A stretch of 64,000 nt of DNA. It comes from an uncultured Verrucomicrobiae bacterium. Lineage in GTDB: Bacteria; Verrucomicrobiota; Verrucomicrobiia; Limisphaerales; J093. Position numbers and translations under genes: made by a program. Positions 11,329 to 21,179 of the stretch are shown in pieces. A model generated the notes under the pieces. It was not told where the DNA came from. It ran no database searches and saw only the letters and a program-made list of their open reading frames with translations. The DNA is taken from NCBI GenBank assembly GCA_937946835.1, contig CALFAV010000020.1, positions 907 to 64,906 on the forward strand. The letters run 5' to 3'. Every line of letters starts with the position of its first letter. Positions within the stretch are counted from its first letter, which is position 1.

Positions 11329-13722
11329 GTGAAAAACTGGTGTAATTCCTCCGTTACCCGCCTGCTCCACGGCCGGTTCGCATGGTTGGCCGGGCTGGGG
11401 TTGGGGTGGTTGGTCGCGCTGCGCGCCGACGTGGCGCCCGTCGAACCCCCGCCGTCCGAGACCCCGCCGTCCAAGCTGGCGCAAACCGAATCGGCCGGGG
11501 ACCCGCTCCGGGACCTGATCACCTTCACCGCCAGGTACGACCAGGCGGTGCCGCTGTTGCCGGGGGCATATGATTCGGACATTACCCGGTTGACCGCGCG
11601 CATCCTTGAAAACATGCATTACTCGCGTCACCCGCTGGATGCCGAGTATGCGGGGCGTTTTTTTCAGCGGTATCTGGAGCTGCTCGATCCGCAGCATTTT
11701 CACTTCACCCAGGAAGACCTGAAGGAATTCGAGCGGTATCGGGAACGGCTGGCGGAGTTGACCCTGCGCCAGGGCGACACCCGGCCGGCCAACGAGATTT
11801 TTGCCCGCTACTTGCAGCGGGTGGACCAGCGTGTGGCGTGGGTGGCCAGGCTGTTGCAGGAAGGGCAGTTTGATTTCACCGGGGAGGACCGCTACACCCC
11901 GAATCGGAAGGACGCGCCCTGGCCGGAAAACCTCGAGGCCGCGCGGGCGCTCTGGAGCCAGCATCTGCGGCACGAGTACCTCCTGGAATTGCTTAACAAG
12001 CAAAAGCCCGAGGAAATCGTCAAAAAGCTCGCCCTCCGGTACAAGCGCCTGCTGCGCATGTTGGGGGAATTCGACCGCGAGGACATTCTCCAATTTTACC
12101 TTTCCGCGCTGGCCAACGCCTACGACCCGCACTCGGATTACATGGGCAAGGCGCAGTTGGACAATTTCGCCATCAGCATGCGGCTGTCGCTGTTTGGCAT
12201 CGGGGCCTTGCTGCGCTCGGAAGACGGTTACTGCACCATCGAAAGCCTGACGCCCGGCGGGCCGGCGGCGCGCAGCAAGAAACTCAAACCCAAAGACCGC
12301 ATCATTGCCGTCCAACAGGCCGGCGGGGAGCCGGTGGACGTGGTGGACATGAAGTTGTCGAAGGTCGTGGAAATGATCCGCGGCCCGAAAGACACCGAGG
12401 TTACCCTGATCATCATCCCGGCCGACGCGGCTGACGCTTCCGAGCGGCGCACCGTCACGCTGGTGCGCGATGAGATCAAGCTGGAAGACCAGGCGGCCAA
12501 GGCGCGCTTGTTTGAAGTGCCGGTGGGCGACGGCACCCCGGTCCGGGTGGGGGTGATTGATCTGCCCTCGTTTTACGCCAGCCTGGATTTGGGGAAAACG
12601 ACCGACAAAGCCGAGCCCCGCAGCACCACAGCGGATGTGACGCGGCTGATCCAAAAACTGACCGCCGAGGGGATTTCCGGGCTGATTCTGGACCTGCGCC
12701 GCAACGGCGGGGGATCACTCGAGGAGGCCATCAAATTGACGGGCTTGTTCATTCGCGACGGGCCCGTGGTGCAGGTGCGCGACGCCAATGACGAGATCTA
12801 CGTGGAGCGGGACACGGACCCCGAGGTGCTTTATGACGGGCCCTTGGTGGTGTTGACCAGTCGCTTCAGCGCCTCGGCGTCGGAAATTTTGGCGGCGGCC
12901 TTGCAGGATTACGACCGGGCGCTGGTGGTGGGGGACAAGTCCACCCACGGCAAGGGCACGGTGCAGACCATTTACGAGTTGGGACGCTTTACGCGCCGTT
13001 TCCCGGAAAATTTCAATCCGGGCGCCCTCAAGGTTACCATCCGCAAATTCTATCGGGCCAACGGGGCCTCCACCCAGGTTCGGGGGGTGGTGCCGGACAT
13101 TGTTCTTCCTTCGGTCAACAACGAGATGGAGGTGGGAGAAGGAGCCCAGCCGAACGCGCTGCCCTGGGACTCCATCCCCGCGGCGAAATTTGCGCGGCTG
13201 GGTCGGGTGCAAGCCCACTTGCCCGAGTTGCGTCGCCGCTCCGAAATCCGGCTGGCGACCGACCCGGATTGGGCCTTTGTCCGGGAGGACATCGAGACCT
13301 ACCGCAAAGCCCAGGCCGACAAGAGCCTGTCCCTGAATCTGGCGCAGCGCCTGAAGGAGCGGGAAGAAGCCGAAGCGCGCGCCAAAGCACGCAAGCGCGA
13401 CCAGGCGGCGCGGAGCAACGGCCAGGAAAAAATTTACGAGATCACCCTCACCCGCGCTTCCCAACCGGGCCTGCCTCCACCTCTGGGCAGCACCAACGCC
13501 CCGCCTGTTGCCTCGGAGGCTCCGGCGACGGTGGCCGCGGCGGTGGATTCGGACGATGCCGATGAGGAGATGACACCGGACCAATTGGCAATGCGGGATG
13601 TGCATTTGCGGGAGGCCAAGCGGATTTTGCTCGACCTGATTGAGTTAACCACGGGTACCGCAGCCCAACCACCGGTCGCGGCTGCTGATAAGGACGCGCC
13701 CTCCAAACCCCGGCTTCCGTAA
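11329..13722 (+). CDS. prc: carboxy-terminal processing (tail-specific) protease, S41A
   Basis: YDPHSDY, GIGA PDZ domain, LDLRRNGGG, SASASEI catalytic Ser, GKGTVQ. Start approximate. Confidence 0.88.
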   Translation: MKNWCNSSVTRLLHGRFAWLAGLGLGWLVALRADVAPVEPPPSETPPSKLAQTESAGDPLRDLITFTARYDQAVPLLPGAYDSDITRLTARILENMHYSRHPLDAEYAGRFFQRYLELLDPQHFHFTQEDLKEFERYRERLAELTLRQGDTRPANEIFARYLQRVDQRVAWVARLLQEGQFDFTGEDRYTPNRKDAPWPENLEAARALWSQHLRHEYLLELLNKQKPEEIVKKLALRYKRLLRMLGEFDREDILQFYLSALANAYDPHSDYMGKAQLDNFAISMRLSLFGIGALLRSEDGYCTIESLTPGGPAARSKKLKPKDRIIAVQQAGGEPVDVVDMKLSKVVEMIRGPKDTEVTLIIIPADAADASERRTVTLVRDEIKLEDQAAKARLFEVPVGDGTPVRVGVIDLPSFYASLDLGKTTDKAEPRSTTADVTRLIQKLTAEGISGLILDLRRNGGGSLEEAIKLTGLFIRDGPVVQVRDANDEIYVERDTDPEVLYDGPLVVLTSRFSASASEILAAALQDYDRALVVGDKSTHGKGTVQTIYELGRFTRRFPENFNPGALKVTIRKFYRANGASTQVRGVVPDIVLPSVNNEMEVGEGAQPNALPWDSIPAAKFARLGRVQAHLPELRRRSEIRLATDPDWAFVREDIETYRKAQADKSLSLNLAQRLKEREEAEARAKARKRDQAARSNGQEKIYEITLTRASQPGLPPPLGSTNAPPVASEAPATVAAAVDSDDADEEMTPDQLAMRDVHLREAKRILLDLIELTTGTAAQPPVAAADKDAPSKPRLP

Positions 13723-13774
13723 CCGGTTCTCGTCTTTCGGAGGAGGCTCTTGGGAAGTGGACCTTGGCTGTGGA

Positions 13775-14722
13775 TCAAGGATGGAGCCATTTCAAGCCGA
13801 ATTGGATCCACAAGGGCATGGTCACCAGCGAAAGGAGGGTGGTACTGGCGACCACGTAAATCGCTGTGACCACATCACCCTCATAGTGGCGGGCCATCAC
13901 AATGGGGAAGACCGCTGCCGGCATGGCGGCTTGTAGCAGGACCACCCGTTTAAGTTCGGCGGCAAGGGGTAGCAGCCACGCTCCGACCAAAAAAAGGATG
14001 GGCAACGCTCCCAAGCGCAGCAACACGGCGAGGCTCATCACTCGAAGCCCTTGGGGCCAATTCATTCCCCGGACCTGATCGGCCAAGGTCGCGCCAATCA
14101 AGAGCATCCCCAATGGGATGGCGCATTGACCTATGAGGTGAGCGGCTTCTCGGGCAAAAGCAGGCACAAGCCGCTCTCCGCCACTGATGTTCAACAACAC
14201 CCCCAACATAATTGCCAGCAAGGGCGGGCTGAGCAACTTGCGCCATTGCTGACGTGGGCCCAACCCGGTAAGCAGGGGAAGCCCGAACAGCCAAAGCGCC
14301 ATTTCCACACCCCAATTGTGGACGAAAAGCACTGCTACGGTTGATTGATCAAAGAGCCTCATGGCCAGTGGGATGGGTAGGTAACCGTAGTTGTAAACGG
14401 CCACGGTGAAGGCAAAGGTATTTCGGGTCACCCGGTGTTCCGTTGGCAAGGCCTTGGCAACCAGCAAACCCGCAAACACACCCAGGGCAACCGTGCCAAA
14501 ACCGGTCAGTGGGGCCAGCAAGACGTTTTTTGGATCTGCAGCCGCGGGGCTACCCAGGACCGAATCCAACACCAAGCAGGGAATCAGCGCTTGAACAAGC
14601 AAACGCAATATGCCCGCGTCCGCTGTTTCGGGAAACCAACTCAGCCGGCGCACCGCAAACCCCGTGGCCAAAACGACAAAAACCGGTAGTACGGCCTGAA
14701 AAATGGGGCGAAATTCATTCAT
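13775..14722 (-). CDS. AEC (auxin efflux carrier) family transporter
   Basis: Polytopic membrane protein with NYGYLPIPL, SPPLLA, IPLGMLLIG, QAAMPAA. Confidence 0.85.
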   Translation of the reverse strand: MNEFRPIFQAVLPVFVVLATGFAVRRLSWFPETADAGILRLLVQALIPCLVLDSVLGSPAAADPKNVLLAPLTGFGTVALGVFAGLLVAKALPTEHRVTRNTFAFTVAVYNYGYLPIPLAMRLFDQSTVAVLFVHNWGVEMALWLFGLPLLTGLGPRQQWRKLLSPPLLAIMLGVLLNISGGERLVPAFAREAAHLIGQCAIPLGMLLIGATLADQVRGMNWPQGLRVMSLAVLLRLGALPILFLVGAWLLPLAAELKRVVLLQAAMPAAVFPIVMARHYEGDVVTAIYVVASTTLLSLVTMPLWIQFGLKWLHP

Positions 14723-14950
14723 GGCGACGCCAAATTTTGTGATGCCCAAAGGCTGGACAGTGTCGTATGCGATCCTGGGGCAGATCAAACAGCTTTTGGA
14801 CTGGGGATTCGACCTGGGGGCAGCGAGGATGTGCCAGATTGGACAAATTGATTCACCCTGCCCCCTGCATCAATGCGCGAAAAGGACCCATGCGAGGTCT
14901 GTCACGGCATGGTCAAGTGGGGCACACGCCAAAACACTGACACTAAACAG

Positions 14951-14967
14951 TCGGCACGAAAACTGCT
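14951..14967 (+). promoter_or_regulatory. sigma54 (-24/-12) promoter
   Basis: TCGGCACG-AAAA-CTGCT, with GG at 14953-54 and GC at 14965-66 exactly 10 nt apart (consensus YTGGCACGNNNNTTGCW). Confidence 0.7.
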
Positions 14968-14977
14968 CCTATTAGAG

Positions 14978-15149
14978 GCAAACCAGCGTCGGGTTTCTGC
15001 GACGGAAATCGGCTGAATCCCGCCGCTCCTGCGATCACCGCAGGCGCAAAAGGTCCTCAGTGGCCTGCTTTCGGCGGCTGAAAACGCTGCCGACCTACCT
15101 TGTAACGTCGCCTGGCGGTCCCGGAATCCGGGACCGCCAGTTCTCTTTT
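14978..15149 (+). ncRNA. candidate sigma54-dependent small RNA 1 (or structured leader of nnr)
   Basis: Lies between the sigma54 promoter and a 13-bp terminator, has several hairpins, and contains no credible ORF. Confidence 0.5.
15112..15149 (+). terminator. intrinsic terminator
   Basis: CTGGCGGTCCCGG-AAT-CCGGGACCGCCAG followed by TTCTCTTTT. Confidence 0.8.
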
Positions 15150-15201
15150 GTGGGTTCGCCAATTCGCTTGCCTGCCAAGTCGCTTTTCCCAAACTCGGTT
15201 T

Positions 15202-16692
15202 GTGCCGGTACCGGTATTGAGTGTATCTCAGGTTCGAGATTGGGAGGCTGCGTCATGGAAATCCGGATGCCTTGAAACCGAAGTCATCACCCAAGTGGGC
15301 CGCCGGCTGGCAAGGCGTTTACTGTCGTTAACCGAACCCGGCGAGCGTCTTTTACTGCTCGTCGGCAAAGGGCACAACGGCGATGACACGCGGGCGGCCG
15401 CCGGGCATTTACCGGATCGGCAGGTTGACGTCCTCGAAATTCCTGAGCCAAAGGCCGGTTTGGACGCGTTCAAGCGAGCCTTGAACCGAGCCCCCGCCTG
15501 GTTGGTGGACGGTCTGTTTGGCATCGGGCTCAACCGTCCGCTAAATGAGGATTGGGTGCGGTTAATCGAGGCAATCAACGATACCAAGCTCCCGGTTGTG
15601 GCTGTGGATGTCCCTTCAGGTCTGGATGCACAAACCGGCCTTGCCTGGGGAGCGGCAGTCCGAGCGCAACTCACGGTGACGGTGGGGGTACCGAAAATCG
15701 GTTTGTTAAACCCGTCGGCTTGGCCTTACACCGGGCGCTTGGTGGTCGAGCCGGACATTGGTCTTTTACCCCCGCCAAAGGAAAGCGAACTTTGGTGGAC
15801 CCTCCCGGATGATTTTAACAATTTTCCGCCGCCGCCCCCTGTGGCTGCCCACAAGGGTGACCGAGGTCACTTGCTGATTTTTGCCGGGTCACGCGGTTTT
15901 CACGGTGCGGCAGTACTGGCTGCCCGCGCCGCCCAGCGGGCCAGACCTGGTTTGATCAGCTTGGGCACCATGCCCGAAGTGTACGTGCCGATTTCGGCGC
16001 AGTTGCAAGCGGTGATGGTGGATGATTGGCGGGCGACGCTATCCAAACTGCCCCGGGCCAGTGCGTGTTTGATTGGACCGGGTTTGGCCGCAGCGGATCT
16101 CCCAGCCACATTTCGTGATTGCATGGTGGATTTGTGGAGTAACGCACACGTACCGGTTATAGCCGATGCCAGCGTTTTGGATTGGCTACCTCCCGATTCG
16201 TTTGAGTCCAAGGCGACCCGGGTGATTACCCCTCATCCGGGAGAGGCAGCCCGCATGTTGAACATTGGTGTGCAGGCGGTTCAAAATGACCGTCCCGGAA
16301 CACTGCGGGCGTTGTCCCAACGCCACAAGCGGTGCTGGGCGGTGCTGAAAGGATTTCAGACCTTGGTGGGTCGAAACCAAGGGATCATCTGGGTAAACTC
16401 TTCTGGTGACGCCAGTTTGGCACAGGGAGGTACGGGAGACATTTTGGCCGGCTTTCTGGCGGGGTTGCTGGCCCAACCCGACCTGGCCGCGGCGCCAGAA
16501 ACCACGATAAGGTACGGGGTTTGGCGCCACGGTGCTGCAGCGGATCGAATTGAAGCGACCGGCTACCGTTGGGCTCCGGAGGAATTGATCGCAGCATTGG
16601 GGCACCTCCATCCGACAGCAAATGGGGAGGAGCAAAAAGCGTCCCAATCGGGAATCAATCCGGAATGGTTCCAACAGTCCACACGCACTTAA
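15202..16692 (+). CDS. nnr: bifunctional NAD(P)H-hydrate epimerase/dehydratase (YjeF)
   Basis: GKGHNGDD, DGLFGIG, AVDVPSG, HKGDRG, TPHPGEAARM, LAQGGTGDILAG. Confidence 0.88.
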   Translation: MPVPVLSVSQVRDWEAASWKSGCLETEVITQVGRRLARRLLSLTEPGERLLLLVGKGHNGDDTRAAAGHLPDRQVDVLEIPEPKAGLDAFKRALNRAPAWLVDGLFGIGLNRPLNEDWVRLIEAINDTKLPVVAVDVPSGLDAQTGLAWGAAVRAQLTVTVGVPKIGLLNPSAWPYTGRLVVEPDIGLLPPPKESELWWTLPDDFNNFPPPPPVAAHKGDRGHLLIFAGSRGFHGAAVLAARAAQRARPGLISLGTMPEVYVPISAQLQAVMVDDWRATLSKLPRASACLIGPGLAAADLPATFRDCMVDLWSNAHVPVIADASVLDWLPPDSFESKATRVITPHPGEAARMLNIGVQAVQNDRPGTLRALSQRHKRCWAVLKGFQTLVGRNQGIIWVNSSGDASLAQGGTGDILAGFLAGLLAQPDLAAAPETTIRYGVWRHGAAADRIEATGYRWAPEELIAALGHLHPTANGEEQKASQSGINPEWFQQSTRT

Positions 16693-16753
16693 CCTATTTG
16701 TGATCAAATTGTTTTGAACTAAAATTTCGAGGTTAAAAATTTTCAGAAAGCCG

Positions 16754-16782
16754 TTGACAACCCCAAAGCTTACCCATAGGCT
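16754..16782 (+). promoter_or_regulatory. sigma70 promoter of the thrT-tuf operon
   Basis: TTGACA-17 nt-TAGGCT with an AT-rich UP-like tract upstream. Confidence 0.7.
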
Positions 16783-16884
16783 TCGCGTCTTGTTATTGTT
16801 CTGACACGCCGTACGCTTCGGCAAATCCAGCCTTGCGTACGGTTGCTTGTCGTTCAATACAAGTCGGTTGCAAACAAAAAGATT

Positions 16885-16960
<76 letters not shown>

Positions 16961-16991
16961 CCGAATAAGTGATTCAAAATCAGTAAAACCA

Positions 16992-18182
16992 ATGGCTAAA
17001 GAGCAATTCCAACGGACCAAGCCGCACGTCAACATCGGCACCATCGGCCACATTGACCATGGCAAATCCACCCTCACCGCTGCGATCGTGGCCACTCAGG
17101 CGAAAAAAGGTTTGGCAACCCCCATTTCTTACTCAGACATCACCAAAGGGGGGACGGTGCGCGACGAAACCAAAACCGTAACCATTGCGATTTCCCACGT
17201 TGAGTACCAAAGCGACAAACGACATTACGCTCACGTGGACTGCCCCGGGCACGCGGACTACATCAAAAACATGATTACCGGGGCGGCCCAAATGGACGGG
17301 GCGATTTTGGTGGTGGATGCTGCCGAGGGGCCCATGCCGCAAACCAAAGAACACGTGCTCCTGGCCCGGCAGGTGGGGGTGCCGGCGATCATTGTTTACC
17401 TCAACAAGGTGGACTTGGTGGATGACCCGGAGTTGTTGGATTTGGTGGAAATGGAGCTTCGAGATCTGCTGACCAAATACGAATTCCCCGGCGACAAGGT
17501 TCCCATAATCCGTGGGAGTGCCAAGGCGGCGTTGGCCGGTGACCCCAAGGGTGAAGAATCCATCCAAAAGCTTCTGGAAGCGGTGGATGAGTTCATCCCG
17601 CTGCCGGTGCGCGAAGTGGACAAGCCCTTCTTGATGAGCATCGAAGACGTGTTCAATATCGAAGGGCGGGGCACGGTCGTCACCGGGCGGGTCGAACGCG
17701 GGGTGTTGGAACGTATGTCCGAAGTGGAAATCGTCGGTCTGCGAGAGACCCGCAAGACGGTGGCCACCGACATCGAAATGTTCCGCAAACTATTGGATAA
17801 GGCCCAGGCTGGAGACAACGTGGGCGTGTTGCTTCGGGGCACCAAAAAAGAAGAAGTGGAGCGTGGTATGGTGCTGGCCAAGCCAGGGACCATCACCCCG
17901 CACACGCATTTCAAGGCGGAGGTTTATGTCCTGTCCAAGGAAGAAGGCGGCCGTCACACGCCGTTCTTCAGCAACTACCGGCCGCAGTTTTACTTCCGCA
18001 CGACCGACGTCACCGGCACGATTACCCTGCCTCCCGGGGTGGAAATGGTCATGCCCGGGGACAATGTCTCCCTGGAGATCAAAGTGATTGCGCCGATTGC
18101 CATGGAACGGGGCCAGCGGTTTGCCATCCGCGAAGGCGGACGGACCATTGGAGCAGGGCGGGTAACCGAGATCATCGAATGA
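16992..18182 (+). CDS. tuf: elongation factor Tu
   Basis: [28 protein letters not shown]. Confidence 0.99.
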   Translation: MAKEQFQRTKPHVNIGTIGHIDHGKSTLTAAIVATQAKKGLATPISYSDITKGGTVRDETKTVTIAISHVEYQSDKRHYAHVDCPGHADYIKNMITGAAQMDGAILVVDAAEGPMPQTKEHVLLARQVGVPAIIVYLNKVDLVDDPELLDLVEMELRDLLTKYEFPGDKVPIIRGSAKAALAGDPKGEESIQKLLEAVDEFIPLPVREVDKPFLMSIEDVFNIEGRGTVVTGRVERGVLERMSEVEIVGLRETRKTVATDIEMFRKLLDKAQAGDNVGVLLRGTKKEEVERGMVLAKPGTITPHTHFKAEVYVLSKEEGGRHTPFFSNYRPQFYFRTTDVTGTITLPPGVEMVMPGDNVSLEIKVIAPIAMERGQRFAIREGGRTIGAGRVTEIIE

Positions 18183-18243
18183 AACACTTGCGTCCCGATC
18201 CGGGAGGGAATAAAATTTTATGCGATTCGGTTTTCCGGTACAC

Positions 18244-18319
18244 AGGGCGGTAGCTCAATTGGCAGAGTAGCGGTCTCCAAAACCGTCGGTTGGGGGTTCG
18301 AGTCCCTCCCGCCCTGCCA
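18244..18319 (+). tRNA. tRNA-Trp(CCA)
   Basis: AGGGCGG...CCGCCCT-GCCA, anticodon loop CTCCAAA. Confidence 0.97.
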
Positions 18320-18331
18320 GACCGTGTCACG

Positions 18332-18420
18332 GGAGGGGTGGCAGAGTGGTCGAATGCGGCGGTCTTGAAAACCGTTGTGGGTTGCACCCACCGGGGGTTC
18401 GAATCCCTCCCCCTCCGCCA
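18332..18420 (+). tRNA. tRNA-Ser(TGA)
   Basis: GGAGGGG...CCCCTCC-GCCA, anticodon loop CTTGAAA, long variable arm GTGGG-TTGCA-CCCAC. Confidence 0.96.
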
Positions 18421-18434
18421 TGGACTGACAGACA

Positions 18435-18701
18435 GTGCGCGATTACATCTCATTGGGGTTGTGGATCTTGGTCATTGGTGGCGTTTTTGCCTACCTTTGG
18501 CGGAAGGGTCATTTGTTGCGTTTGGGGATCTACCTGGCCGAAACGCGGGAGGAGCTCCGTAAATGCACGTGGCCTTCTGTGGATGAGCTAAAGGGCTCCA
18601 CGGTGGTGGTGATGATCACCATCATCATGTTGGCTGTGTTTACCATGGCTTCAGACTTCATCATTCTCAAAATTGTGCGGGGAATTCTACCGAAGCTTTA
18701 A
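18435..18701 (+). CDS. secE: preprotein translocase subunit SecE
   Basis: EELRKCTWPS motif plus TM helix, canonical position before nusG. Confidence 0.93.
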   Translation: MRDYISLGLWILVIGGVFAYLWRKGHLLRLGIYLAETREELRKCTWPSVDELKGSTVVVMITIIMLAVFTMASDFIILKIVRGILPKL

Positions 18702-18731
18702 TTCCCATAACGCTTGCACCTCGCGCCCCTC

Positions 18732-19280
18732 ATGCGTAGCCAGTGGTTTGTCCTCCACACCCTTTCCGGCCAAGAAATGAAGGTTAAGGAAAGCATTGAA
18801 AAACGCCTCAAAACTGAGGAGATGGGAGAGTACATCCACGAGGTGTTGGTCCCGATCGAAAAAGTGGCCGAGGTGCGCGGGGGAAAAAAAATAGTTACCA
18901 GTCGGAAACTTTATCCGGGTTATGTGTTCATTCACATGGTTTTACTGGATGAAAACCAGCGCTTGATTGAGAGACCTTGGTATTTTATTCGAGAAACCCC
19001 CGGGATCATCGGTTTTGTGGGTGGCGATCGCCCCACGCCAACGAGTCAGGAGGATATTGACCGGATCAAGGCGCAAATTTCGGAATCGGAGGAAACTGAG
19101 CGGCCGAAGGTCAGCTTCGAGGTGGGAGAAACGGTTAAAATCAATGACGGACCTTTCCTCAACTTCAACGGGGTGATCGAGGAGATTGATCCGGACCGGG
19201 GTAAAGTGAAGGTAACTGTAAACATTTTCGGTCGAAGCACGCCGGTGGAACTGGAATACTGGCAACTCGAAAAGGTATAA
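18732..19280 (+). CDS. nusG: transcription termination/antitermination factor NusG
   Basis: WFVLHTLSGQE, YPGYVF, KOW domain GPFLNFNG, IFGRSTPVEL. Confidence 0.97.
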   Translation: MRSQWFVLHTLSGQEMKVKESIEKRLKTEEMGEYIHEVLVPIEKVAEVRGGKKIVTSRKLYPGYVFIHMVLLDENQRLIERPWYFIRETPGIIGFVGGDRPTPTSQEDIDRIKAQISESEETERPKVSFEVGETVKINDGPFLNFNGVIEEIDPDRGKVKVTVNIFGRSTPVELEYWQLEKV

Positions 19281-19333
19281 ACCAAGCCGTTAAACTGCGA
19301 TCAATTCCTTTTCAATTTCAACCTTGAACGTGT

Positions 19334-19759
19334 ATGGCAAAGAAGGTGGTCGGTCAGATCAAGTTGCAAATACCGGCGGGTCAAGCCAATCCGGCCCCCC
19401 CTGTTGGTCCCGCCCTGGGACAGCATGGCGTGAACATCATGGCTTTCTGCAAGGAGTTCAACGCCAAGACCAAAGACCAGGCCGGGATGATCGTGCCCGT
19501 GGTCATTACGGTTTATCAGGATAAGTCCTTTAGTTTCATCACCAAGTCCCCGCCGGCGGCAGTTCTGCTCAAGAAGGCGGCGGGCATTGCCGCCGGTTCG
19601 AAAACCCCGAACAAAGAAAAAGTGGGAAAGGTGACGCGCAAGCAGTTACTGGACATCGTCAAAATAAAACAGGCCGACCTCAATGCCACCAATGAAGAAG
19701 CGGCCGTGCGGGTCATCGCCGGCACGGCTCGGAGTATGGGCATTGAGGTGGTAAATTAA
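19334..19759 (+). CDS. rplK: 50S ribosomal protein L11
   Basis: [27 protein letters not shown]. Confidence 0.99.
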   Translation: MAKKVVGQIKLQIPAGQANPAPPVGPALGQHGVNIMAFCKEFNAKTKDQAGMIVPVVITVYQDKSFSFITKSPPAAVLLKKAAGIAAGSKTPNKEKVGKVTRKQLLDIVKIKQADLNATNEEAAVRVIAGTARSMGIEVVN

Positions 19760-19768
19760 CCCAATGCG

Positions 19769-19799
19769 GCGGGAGAGCCGATTGGTTCGTTAAAACCGC
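19769..19799 (+). promoter_or_regulatory. L1-binding autoregulatory mRNA element upstream of rplA
   Basis: GCGG-GAG-AGCC(GATT)GGTT-CGTTAAAA-CCGC, a stem with GGGAG/UAAA internal loop as in L1 leaders located between rplK and rplA. Confidence 0.6.
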
Positions 19800-19807
19800 G
19801 CCATCCC

Positions 19808-20512
19808 ATGCCCAAGAAACACAGCAAACGTTATCGCAAAGCACTCGGCTTGTTTGATGCCGGCAAAGTTTATCCGCTTTCGCAAGCGGTGGATTTGTTG
19901 GTTTCATTTCCCCGAGCGCGTTTCAACGAAACCGTGGAACTGGCCCTGCGTTTGGGTGTGGATCCCAAGCAATCGGATCAGATGGTGCGGGGCACCGTAC
20001 CTCTTCCCCACGGGAGCGGCAAAGTGGTTCGTGTGGCGGTATTTGCCAAGCCGGGGGCCGCAGCCGATGCCGCCCGGGCTGCTGGGGCTGAGTTTGTGGG
20101 CTACGAAGATTTGATTAAAAAATGCCAGGAAGGTTGGGCCGAATTTGATGTAGCGGTTGCCACACCCGAAGCAATGACCGAAGTACGAAAACTCGGCAAG
20201 GTGCTTGGTCCCAAAGGCTTGATGCCAAACCCGAAGACCGGTACCGTGACCGAAGACACTGCGAAAGCGGTGCGCGAAGTCAAAGCCGGCCGTGTCGAAT
20301 TCAAAATTGACAAGGCGGGGAACGTCCATGTGCCCATTGGTAAGTTATCGTTTACCCCCCAGCAACTGATCGAAAATGCCCAAGCTGTGATTGACGCCGT
20401 GTTGCGTGCCCGTCCCGCCACCGTGCGGGGGACCTACATGCGTTCCTGTGTCCTGACCAGCACCATGAACCCGGGTATTCGGTTGGATGTCCGCACCTTG
20501 ACCAACCCCTAA
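19808..20512 (+). CDS. rplA: 50S ribosomal protein L1
   Basis: FNETVE, VRGTVPLPHG, LGPKGLMPNPKTGTVT. Confidence 0.99.
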   Translation: MPKKHSKRYRKALGLFDAGKVYPLSQAVDLLVSFPRARFNETVELALRLGVDPKQSDQMVRGTVPLPHGSGKVVRVAVFAKPGAAADAARAAGAEFVGYEDLIKKCQEGWAEFDVAVATPEAMTEVRKLGKVLGPKGLMPNPKTGTVTEDTAKAVREVKAGRVEFKIDKAGNVHVPIGKLSFTPQQLIENAQAVIDAVLRARPATVRGTYMRSCVLTSTMNPGIRLDVRTLTNP

Positions 20513-20528
20513 TCGCTGAAAAATCGCC

Positions 20529-21041
20529 ATGCGACGCGAAAAGCAATTTCTGACCCAGGAATATCGGAGCCGGCTGAACGCCTCGCCGTTCTTCATCGTG
20601 GTGGAATACAAGGGCCTAAACGTGGCTCAGTTCCGCGAGCTGCGGCACCGGCTCAGCAAGGCGGGAGCGGAAATTCACGTGGTGAAGAACACGGTTTTTC
20701 GGATTGCGGCGCGGGAGGCCGGGCTGCCCGATTTGGATGGCATGTTGGTGGGCCAGTTGGCGGTGGTGACCGGCCAGCGAGATGTCAGCGCAGCGGCCAA
20801 AGTCCTGAAAACTTTTCAGGCGGAGTTCGACAAACCCAAAATCCAATTTGGCTGCCTGGGCAATCAACGACTTGAGCGGGCAACCTTGCTTGCTCTGGCC
20901 GAGCTGCCTTCTCTGGAGGTGCTGCGTGGCCAATTGTTGGGTGTGCTCCAAGCACCCGCCGGCCGACTGGTCCGTCTGTTGCATACTCCGGCCACTCAAC
21001 TGGCTCGGGTGTTGCAAGCAAGAGTCGAAAAGGGTGCCTGA
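20529..21041 (+). CDS. rplJ: 50S ribosomal protein L10
   Basis: YKGLNV, VVKNT, LAELPS, synteny. Confidence 0.96.
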   Translation: MRREKQFLTQEYRSRLNASPFFIVVEYKGLNVAQFRELRHRLSKAGAEIHVVKNTVFRIAAREAGLPDLDGMLVGQLAVVTGQRDVSAAAKVLKTFQAEFDKPKIQFGCLGNQRLERATLLALAELPSLEVLRGQLLGVLQAPAGRLVRLLHTPATQLARVLQARVEKGA

Positions 21042-21179
21042 GCCCGCGCAAGATTTCGCCGCCGTGCAACAACGGTGGTGAATACAAGAACAAACCCAAT
21101 CAGTAAATCGTCGGGCCCACAGGCCGTGGGTTGAAAGCCTTCGTGGCCACGAAGGACGACGAGACGGAAAGGTAGAAAC

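Noticed and set aside
14977-15093. c-di-GMP-I (GEMM) riboswitch resemblance: GGCAAACC...GGCGCAAAAG...GCTGCCGA
   Set aside because: There is no GNRA-capped P2 of the right length and no tetraloop receptor, and the spacing is wrong. A cmscan with the c-di-GMP-I model would settle it.
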